In this document: positions 7,132 to 13,495 of the stretch, piece after piece
Position numbering within the stretch: position 1 is the stretch's first letter
Layout: each line of letters starts with the position of its first letter
Assembly: GCA_039000165.1 (NCBI GenBank)
Contig: JAWBTW010000018.1
Location: 1-13,495 of the forward strand
Source of the DNA: Candidatus Aenigmatarchaeota archaeon
GTDB lineage: Archaea; Aenigmatarchaeota; Aenigmatarchaeia; CG10238-14; SCSR01
Length of the DNA: 13,495 nucleotides
Direction of reading: 5' to 3'
The notes under the pieces: model-generated
The model's input: only the letters and a program-made list of their open reading frames with translations
Database searches by the model: none
Told to the model about the DNA's origin: nothing
Made by a program: the position numbers and the translations under genes

Positions 7132-8760
7132 GTGGAAAAAGTAGTCTTAGCTTTTTTAGTAGTTTTGGCTGTTGGTATATTAGCAGGCATAGTACTTTAC
7201 TTCCTATATCCTTCTGTTAACACTTCTGATTTGCTAACCAAAATTTTTGAAAAAGCAGAAAAAGTTAATGAAATAGGAATTTCTTACTCCCTTTCGCTTA
7301 GTTATTACTCTGGAAGTTTAGAGAGAACAACTTCTGGAAGTTTAGATTTCATTTACGCTAACGGAAACCACAAAAGTTTAATAAAGATTGAAAGCTCACC
7401 ATACCTTTATTTTTCTTCTTCAGAACTCGCTAATTATTATGGCAAATATGAACTAGAGATTTATTCTATACCAGAAGGTAGCATTGCTTGCACAAAAACT
7501 TCTATAATAAACCCAACCTATTCTTGTGAGGAGTTCAATCCAGTTAAGATGATAGCATATCCTTTGGACATTGGCCATCAAACCAAGAATTTGAAAGAAT
7601 TGGTAGAGAAAAAGATTGCTTCCGTTTCTTATCTTGGGGAAAAAGAATTTATTAACAGAAAATGCGATTATTTCAAGTTTAAAATCGATTTGAAAAAGCT
7701 TTCCCAAGAATACCAGCCAGAATTTTTATCTAGCTATACCAATGCAAACTATACAGTTTATAGTTGTTATGATGAAGAAACAGGCTTTCCTTTATATTAC
7801 TCTTTTGAAATGGTGAGCAATTCTTCTTACGGTAGTTATTCTTATGTCTCAGGTCTTAAGGGTGAATATGAAGCAAAAAGCTTAGCGTTTGATGTTGACG
7901 AAACGCAAATAAGGCTTCCTGTTCCCTTAGAAAAAGTAACCTGGCTTCCAAACTTCGAGATAATCGAATCCTACTGCGACTTAAATTCTAACGAAGTAAA
8001 AATTGCAATAGAAGCACTTAAAAACATGCTTGGTGGTGAAGCCAATTTAACGTTAAAATACTCAACTTACGGCACGAGTGGTGACATATACATCACTTCT
8101 TCCTATGCTTTTAACGGCTCTTATTCTGTTTTCGTTAATCCAGAGAACGATAATTGGGGTGGCGAAGAAAATTACATATACCAAACAATAGACTTTGGTA
8201 ACAGAGGAAAAATAAAGTGGAGATGGATGGTAGACGAAGATGCTTGCTGCTACGGGTTTAGATACCTTTCTTATTGGTTAGACGGTACAAGAAGAAAAGT
8301 TTTGGATTTCCGTGAGGCTGAGAAAGGAAAATGGTACGAATATACGCTTGAACTTAATGGCACTCATAAGATAGGAATAGGAGTTTATTCTGCTTTGGAC
8401 GGAAATAATGACTGGGATGCTGCTATTGATTATATTGAGGTAGAAAAAGACGGAAGCAAAACAATTTACAATTTTGAAGATGGAACTTTTCAAGGCTGGG
8501 AAAAGTACAATAGCTACGGATACAAAACATCAAGTGTTTCTGCAAGCTCTTCCTTTGAAGGAGCTAAGAAAGGGGAGGTTAAAATCCTTAACTTTACTTT
8601 ATCCTCTCCTCTAAAGAGAAATGAATCTTACACAATCTATTTAGAAATAAACAAGGTTAAAAAAACTTCTTATTGTTACACTTCTGAACCACGCATTACA
8701 GTTACAGGTTTGTTTACAGAAATTTTGAAAAAAATAATGAACATAACTCAAGCTACTTAG
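7132..8760 (+). CDS. N-terminally anchored extracellular mosaic protein (LolA/LppX-like beta region; Ig-like domain with inserted CBM-like jelly roll)
   Basis: N-terminal hydrophobic helix VVLAFLVVLAVGILAGIVLYFLY; S/Y-rich; multiple sequons and Cys pairs; YLGEKEFINRKCDYF...CYDEETGFPL pattern; CBM-like motifs AFNGSYS, IDYIEV, NFEDGTFQGW. Domain names are inferred from motif resemblance only. Confidence 0.75.
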   Translation: MEKVVLAFLVVLAVGILAGIVLYFLYPSVNTSDLLTKIFEKAEKVNEIGISYSLSLSYYSGSLERTTSGSLDFIYANGNHKSLIKIESSPYLYFSSSELANYYGKYELEIYSIPEGSIACTKTSIINPTYSCEEFNPVKMIAYPLDIGHQTKNLKELVEKKIASVSYLGEKEFINRKCDYFKFKIDLKKLSQEYQPEFLSSYTNANYTVYSCYDEETGFPLYYSFEMVSNSSYGSYSYVSGLKGEYEAKSLAFDVDETQIRLPVPLEKVTWLPNFEIIESYCDLNSNEVKIAIEALKNMLGGEANLTLKYSTYGTSGDIYITSSYAFNGSYSVFVNPENDNWGGEENYIYQTIDFGNRGKIKWRWMVDEDACCYGFRYLSYWLDGTRRKVLDFREAEKGKWYEYTLELNGTHKIGIGVYSALDGNNDWDAAIDYIEVEKDGSKTIYNFEDGTFQGWEKYNSYGYKTSSVSASSSFEGAKKGEVKILNFTLSSPLKRNESYTIYLEINKVKKTSYCYTSEPRITVTGLFTEILKKIMNITQAT

Positions 8761-9913
8761 CAAAGGCAATTTCTACTACATCTTTATTCTTAAGCTGATA
8801 ATCAGCAGAAAGCTTTTTCTTCGTTCTTGCGTCTATACCACAAATAAACTTTTCCCCAATTTCTGTATGGATTTTGAAGGCAAACTCTTTAAGAGTTATT
8901 CCTTTTGGAACAAGAAAAACATCTGGTAAAATATTCCCTTCATTATCACTTAACTTTTTGCTGTCAGCAACAGGATAAACTGCTATGTAATTCAGTAATT
9001 CAAAAACAGCTTTGTTTAAACAATCTTGCACTCCAGTAGAACCATACTTTTCTATTATCTCTTTTTTTATCATCTCCAAAACTTTTATCTGTTTCTCATC
9101 AAGCTTACTTCTATCAACGATTTCAAAGCCATTTCCAGGCAAGTAATCTATCAAGTTTTTTTCTGCAGCTTTTTTTAAAGCAACTTCTGCCTCTGCGCTT
9201 GTTGGAATTATGTTAGGATATTTCTCTTTCAACCTTTCAAAATTTTCTTTCGCTTCTTTTAAATCTATCTTGTTTGCAGCTATCAATATTGGTTTAGAAA
9301 TTTGTCTTAAAACTCTAGCAAAATTTTTTATGTCAGCTAGTGAAGCTTTTTCCAAGGCTTTTTCAACATGCTCTCTTGAAATTTCCAAACCACTAAGTTG
9401 TTGAGTTAAGATTTCGATCAAGTCTGCTTTTGTTTTTCCTATCAAGCTTCTTTCAAACTTTTTAATTGCTTTTTCTATAACACTTGCAAACCATAAGTCA
9501 ATTTCCTCTTCCAAAAATTCTATGTCGCGAGAAGGATCATAACCAGAAGTTGGCCTTCCTTCTTCATCTCTTAAACCAGAAAAATCAACTATATGAATCA
9601 AAACCGAAGCCTGCCTTAAGTCATCTAAAAATTGATTTCCTAGGCCTCTACCTTCATGAGCCCCTGGAACTAAGCCTGCAACGTCTATTAGCTTAACAGG
9701 AACAAACCTTTTTCCATTCTTGCAAAAACCAGCTTTAGGCTTACACTTAACACCAAACTCTTTACAAACGCAATCAATAATAACATATCCTATTCCAACA
9801 TTAGGCTTTATAGTGCAAAAGGGTATTCCTGTTATTTTCACATCTATCAAAGTTGCTGCTTTAAAAAAGGTTGATTTTCCGCTAGATGGCTTGCCAACTA
9901 AGCCTATCTGCAT
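8753..9913 (-). CDS. ychF: Obg-family translation-associated GTPase (archaeal YchF/Ygr210-like) with C-terminal TGS domain
   Basis: G1 GKPSSGKST, G2 PFCTIKPN, G3 DVAGLVPGAHEGRGLGNQFLDDLRQA, G4 NKID, Cys cluster CVC..C..C, TGS-like FAFKIHTEIG. ATG 9913 (TTG 9916 alternative). Confidence 0.92.
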   Translation of the reverse strand: MQIGLVGKPSSGKSTFFKAATLIDVKITGIPFCTIKPNVGIGYVIIDCVCKEFGVKCKPKAGFCKNGKRFVPVKLIDVAGLVPGAHEGRGLGNQFLDDLRQASVLIHIVDFSGLRDEEGRPTSGYDPSRDIEFLEEEIDLWFASVIEKAIKKFERSLIGKTKADLIEILTQQLSGLEISREHVEKALEKASLADIKNFARVLRQISKPILIAANKIDLKEAKENFERLKEKYPNIIPTSAEAEVALKKAAEKNLIDYLPGNGFEIVDRSKLDEKQIKVLEMIKKEIIEKYGSTGVQDCLNKAVFELLNYIAVYPVADSKKLSDNEGNILPDVFLVPKGITLKEFAFKIHTEIGEKFICGIDARTKKKLSADYQLKNKDVVEIAFAK

Positions 9914-9961
9914 CAATTAACATTTGTGCTACTTATATTTCAAACTTTCTAATTTTTATTG
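9914..9961. promoter_or_regulatory. 48-bp divergent promoter, probably leaderless in both directions
   Basis: Central CTTATATTTCAAA (9932-9944) is ~20-25 nt from both ATGs; no SD on either side. Confidence 0.45.
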
Positions 9962-10801
9962 ATGAAGATACTCGAAATCTATAAAAAAAGTTTAGCAGAT
10001 TCTCTCAAGTTTAAAAGAATTTTTCCTTTTTTTACGCTCTACTTCATTTCTTCTTTCGTTTCTCTTTTCTTTCTTTTGCCACTAATAAGCATTTTACCAA
10101 ACTTTTTAACTTTAAAATTAACTCAAGAAAACCTTAATCTAATTCTTATAAACTCTTTAATACTTGTGGCAATTTCTTTTATTGTTTTTGTTTTCAACTG
10201 CTGGCTTTCAGGAGCTTTAGTTTATGATATCTGGAGAAAAGAAGGTTTAAACGCTGGATTAAAATTCTCAAAAAAACTTTTACCTCAAATCTTAGGTTTA
10301 TTCTTTTTTCTAACTTTCATCAACCTTTTTCTCTATTTTTTTGGAAGTTTTGGCTTGCTCCTAAGATTTCTTGTAAGCTTTATTTTCCTTCTTTCCTTGC
10401 CATCAATAGTTATAAACAGAGAGGACTTCCTTGAAGCTATGAAAAGAAGTTATTCGCTAGTTATTAAAAACCTTTTGACATCTTTTCTATTTTGGCTTTT
10501 TCTCTATCTAATCTATTTTTCCATCCTTTTTTCTTCATTTTTCCTTGTAATTCTTTCACTTTCACCTCTTTTCTCTCAAATAGTTTTTGTTTATCAAATC
10601 TTCTCAACTTACGGCGAGCTTTCGCAGGCTGGTTTAATTCAAATTATCGGTTTAATAACGAACAACCCCGAAAGAATAACAGTAGCTTTAGCTGTTCTTT
10701 CCTTTTTCTTTTCTTATTCTTACATTTTCCTAACAACAGCAAAAACTCATTATTTCCTTTTCCTTACAAGAAAAAAACTTATCTCTTCTAAACAATCTTA
10801 A
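9962..10801 (+). CDS. Multi-pass integral membrane protein of unknown function
   Basis: About six F/L/I-rich hydrophobic segments; PSIVINREDFLEAMKRSYSLV amphipathic linker; 4 nt upstream of ABCE1. ATG 9962 (TTG 9959 alternative). Confidence 0.8.
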   Translation: MKILEIYKKSLADSLKFKRIFPFFTLYFISSFVSLFFLLPLISILPNFLTLKLTQENLNLILINSLILVAISFIVFVFNCWLSGALVYDIWRKEGLNAGLKFSKKLLPQILGLFFFLTFINLFLYFFGSFGLLLRFLVSFIFLLSLPSIVINREDFLEAMKRSYSLVIKNLLTSFLFWLFLYLIYFSILFSSFFLVILSLSPLFSQIVFVYQIFSTYGELSQAGLIQIIGLITNNPERITVALAVLSFFFSYSYIFLTTAKTHYFLFLTRKKLISSKQS

Positions 10802-10805
10802 TGTT

Positions 10806-12584
10806 ATGGCAAAAAGGATAGCAGTAGTAGATAAGGAGCTATGCAAGCCGAAAAAATGCAATTATCAATGCATAAAAGTTTGTCCAAAGAATAGAAGTGG
10901 AGAAGAATGTATAGTAGTTGAAGAAGAAACTAACTTTCCAAGAATAGACGAAAACATTTGTATTGGCTGTGCTTTATGCGTTAAAGCTTGTGAAAGAGCA
11001 AGCTTTAAAGCCTTAAGCATAGTTAACTTACCAAAAGAGCTTGAGGAAGCACCAATTCACAGGTTTGGTCCTAATGAATTTGCACTTTTTAGGTTGCCTT
11101 TTCCTGTAAAAGGTAAGATTGTTGGTTTAGTTGGACCAAACGGTACAGGAAAAACTACTGCGCTAAGAATTCTAGCAGGAGAAATAAAGCCAAACCTTGG
11201 GAATTTTGGTAGCGAGGCAGATTTTTCAAGTTTGATTAAAATTTTTCGTGGAACAGAACTTCAAACTTATCTTGAAGAAATGAAAGAAGGGAAAATAAGG
11301 GTTTCTTATAAACCTCAAAGAGTTGACCAAATACCAAAATTTTACAAAGGGAAAGTTTCAAAACTCTTGGAAAAAATAGACGAAAGAAAAATTTTAAACG
11401 AGCTTCTCAAAAAAACAAACCTCGAAAGTATAGTAGAAAAAGAGATTAACCAGCTTTCAGGAGGCGAGCTTCAAAGAGTTGCAATAATCGCTTGCCTTTT
11501 GAAAGATGCAGACATTTTTTATTTCGATGAACCAACAAGCTTTCTTGATGTTTTTCAAAGACTAAGCATGGCAAAAATTATAAAAGAATATTCAAGCGAG
11601 AAATCAGTTTTAATAGTAGACCATGACTTAGCAACTTTAGACTTTTTAGCTGATAGAATTCACATTTTTTACGGTTATCCAGGGGCTTATGGAATAGTTT
11701 CTAAGCCTTATAGCACAAGAGTAGGAATAAACGTTTTTCTTGATGGTTACATAAAAGAAGATAACGTAAGGTTTAGGGAAGAGCCAATAACCTTTTTCTC
11801 AAGCATTTCTGAAAGAGGAATTTCACAGGAAATTTTAGTTTCTTTTGAAAAGATTTCAAAAAAACTTGATAGCTTTTCTCTTGAAATAGAAAAAGGCGAT
11901 TTAAGAAAAAAAGAAGTTTTAGCAATTCTCGGAGCTAATGCTTTAGGAAAAACAACTTTTGCAAGAATTCTAGCAGGAGAATTAAAGCCTGATAAAGGAA
12001 AACTTAGCTCTTCGGTTAAAATTTCCTACAAGCCACAGTACATTGAAATAAATTTTGAAGGCACAGTCAAAGAATACTTAAGCTCTGTAGCAGATGTTGA
12101 AAAAGATGAATACAAAATAGAAATAGCTAAACCTTTAGCTCTGGAAAAGCTTTTGGAAAGAAAGATAAAAGAGCTTTCAGGAGGCGAGCTTCAAAGAGTT
12201 TCTATAGCTTATTGCCTTTCTAAGGATTCTGACCTTTACATTTTAGACGAACCTTCTGCTTTCTTGGATGTAGAGCAAAGGCTTAGCCTTGCCAAACTTT
12301 TGAACAAGCTAGTTGATTTAAAAGAAAAAAGTTGTATAGTTATAGACCATGATTTGCTTTTCCTAAGTCAAGTAGGAAGTAGAGCGATGGTTTTTTTAGG
12401 AGAACCAGGAATAAAAGGTTATGTAGAAGAAGTTAAAAGAATTAAAGATGCTTTAAACCTCTTTCTTTCCAAGGTTGGTGTAACTTTCAGAAAAGACCCT
12501 CAAACAGGAAGACCTAGAGCTAATAAACTTAACTCTCAGCTTGATTTAGAACAAAAGGAAAAAGGCGAGTACTGGAAGGTTTAA
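10806..12584 (+). CDS. rli: Ribosome recycling ATPase ABCE1 (RLI)
   Basis: N-terminal Fe-S domain (CKPKKCNYQCIKVCP...CIGCALCVKAC), IVNLP, two NBDs (GPNGTGKTT / GANALGKTT, LSGGELQRV twice, DEPTSFLD / DEPSAFLD, HDL), C-terminal TFRKDPQTGRPRANK. Confidence 0.98.
   Translation: MAKRIAVVDKELCKPKKCNYQCIKVCPKNRSGEECIVVEEETNFPRIDENICIGCALCVKACERASFKALSIVNLPKELEEAPIHRFGPNEFALFRLPFPVKGKIVGLVGPNGTGKTTALRILAGEIKPNLGNFGSEADFSSLIKIFRGTELQTYLEEMKEGKIRVSYKPQRVDQIPKFYKGKVSKLLEKIDERKILNELLKKTNLESIVEKEINQLSGGELQRVAIIACLLKDADIFYFDEPTSFLDVFQRLSMAKIIKEYSSEKSVLIVDHDLATLDFLADRIHIFYGYPGAYGIVSKPYSTRVGINVFLDGYIKEDNVRFREEPITFFSSISERGISQEILVSFEKISKKLDSFSLEIEKGDLRKKEVLAILGANALGKTTFARILAGELKPDKGKLSSSVKISYKPQYIEINFEGTVKEYLSSVADVEKDEYKIEIAKPLALEKLLERKIKELSGGELQRVSIAYCLSKDSDLYILDEPSAFLDVEQRLSLAKLLNKLVDLKEKSCIVIDHDLLFLSQVGSRAMVFLGEPGIKGYVEEVKRIKDALNLFLSKVGVTFRKDPQTGRPRANKLNSQLDLEQKEKGEYWKV
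11165..11989 (+). repeat. Intragenic direct repeat, 26/27 nt (11165-11191 and 11963-11989)
   Basis: AAGAATTCTAGCAGGAGAA[A/T]TAAAGCC follows each Walker A motif of ABCE1. Confidence 0.9.
11452..12200 (+). repeat. Intragenic perfect 29-nt direct repeat (11452-11480 and 12172-12200)
   Basis: AGCTTTCAGGAGGCGAGCTTCAAAGAGTT encodes both LSGGELQRV signature motifs. Confidence 0.92.
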
Positions 12585-12592
12585 AGCAAATA

Positions 12593-12598
12593 TTTAAA
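12593..12598 (+). promoter_or_regulatory. Putative TATA box for the egsA-like gene
   Basis: TTTAAA preceded by GCAAATA, 21-24 nt before the tandem ATGs at 12619/12622; no SD. Confidence 0.45.
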
Positions 12599-12618
12599 CT
12601 TTATCAAATGAATTTGAT

Positions 12619-13495
12619 ATGATGCAAGAGCAAAAACTACCAAGAATAATCAAGATTAGGCCAGAGCAAGATATTTACGAGAATGTAGCCAAACTTTTTG
12701 ATAGTATTGAGGTTCCAAAAGAAAGCATAGGAGTAATAAGTGGAAAAGAAAAAGGAGTAACCTATACTATTGCTCAAGACTTGTGTAAAAAAATTTCCGG
12801 CTATAAACTTGAAGGTCCTTTTGTTGTCGAATCTGCAACTAGCGAAGAAGGAAGCAGAATTGCCCAAATTATTCAAAGAAAAAAATACAACCTAGTTTTA
12901 AGCGTTGGTGGCGGAACTGTAGAAGATACAACAAAGTATGCAGTGCAACTTGCAAGCAAACCAGAAAAAAGAGTTTATTTCGTCCATTTCGCAACAACGG
13001 TTTCTCATGATGGTTTAATTTCACCTAGATGCTCAATTAAAAACAAAGAGTTTATATCCTTAGATGTTTCTCCACCAATAGGCTTGATAATCCCCTATAA
13101 AATACTTCAAGAAGCTCCTTATTCTTCTATAACAGCTGCCATAGGTGATGTTATAGGAAAGCTTACGGCTGTAAAAGATTGGAAGTATCAAGAGCCGAAT
13201 TCTTTCAAGGAAGAAATTGCTTCATCTTTATTCTTGCAACCTGCAAAGAATCTCTTAAACTTGATAGACCAGATGCAAAATAAAAACATTCCTCCTGGAA
13301 GTGCATCACCTTTTTATAAAGAAAAAATCATACCAGAAGTTGTTGATGCTTGTATAAAGTGTGGAGAAGGGATGATAAGAAACAATTCAACATTGGGAGC
13401 TTCAGGTTCAGAGCACGATTTATCTCATGCTACTGATAGGCTTGCTCCTAAGCCTGCACGTCACGGTCATCAAGTTGCCTTGTGGACTTCTTTTG
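12619..13495 (+). CDS. egsA: sn-glycerol-1-phosphate dehydrogenase family protein (3'-truncated, divergent)
   Basis: Absent from the ORF track because it runs off the window. Hand translation is open for 292 codons: MMQEQKLPRIIKI...SVGGGTVEDTTKY...TTVSHDGLISP...IGDVIGKLTAVKDW...ASGSEHDLSHATD...ARHGHQVA. NAD(P)-binding GGG, SHDG and the Asp/His/His Zn ligands match G1PDH. Confidence 0.85.
   Translation, partial: MMQEQKLPRIIKIRPEQDIYENVAKLFDSIEVPKESIGVISGKEKGVTYTIAQDLCKKISGYKLEGPFVVESATSEEGSRIAQIIQRKKYNLVLSVGGGTVEDTTKYAVQLASKPEKRVYFVHFATTVSHDGLISPRCSIKNKEFISLDVSPPIGLIIPYKILQEAPYSSITAAIGDVIGKLTAVKDWKYQEPNSFKEEIASSLFLQPAKNLLNLIDQMQNKNIPPGSASPFYKEKIIPEVVDACIKCGEGMIRNNSTLGASGSEHDLSHATDRLAPKPARHGHQVALWTSF

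Noticed and set aside
8071..8520. Insert as an intein or mobile element
   Set aside because: No C-terminal His-Asn splice motif, no endonuclease or transposase motifs, no terminal inverted repeats.
6843..10791. Short ORFs 6843-7055, 7453-7707, 8278-8493, 9210-9404, 9484-9696, 9720-9920, 10492-10791
   Set aside because: Lie within longer, well-supported genes on the opposite strand or in another frame; composition reflects the host gene.
9962..12584. Membrane protein plus ABC ATPase as an ABC transporter
   Set aside because: The ATPase has the Fe-S domain and hinge motifs of ABCE1, a soluble ribosome-recycling factor.
12637..12876. 79-aa minus-strand ORF
   Set aside because: Antisense to the egsA-like CDS, which has clear family motifs.
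1..13495. tRNA, rRNA, CRISPR array, defence or viral genes
   Set aside because: Intergenic gaps are short and AT-rich with no GC-rich stems or spaced repeats, and no such protein motifs were seen.

Overview
AT-rich (roughly one-third GC by eye), gene-dense archaeal chromosomal segment with no RNA genes, CRISPR array or mobile element visible. Archaeal markers are gatD/gatE, ABCE1, a Ygr210-type Obg GTPase and an egsA-like gene; the compactness and surface proteins suggest, by inference only, a DPANN-type lineage. Gene order: 5'-truncated multi-Ig/MG-like surface protein (+); gatE, gatD and glnA (-); divergent Lrp/AsnC regulator (+); membrane-anchored mosaic surface protein (+); YchF/Ygr210-type GTPase (-); multi-pass membrane protein, ABCE1 and a 3'-truncated divergent glycerol-1-phosphate dehydrogenase missed by the ORF track (+). 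Most notable: (1) GatE lacks the AspRS-like (GAD) insertion and has a GatB-like junction there; (2) lrp/glnA-gatD-gatE forms a candidate glutamine-supply-plus-transamidation module; (3) a circularly permuted CBM-like domain bounded by a duplicated junction is inserted in a surface protein; (4) near-perfect nucleotide repeats link the two NBD halves of ABCE1; (5) GATC appears depleted.
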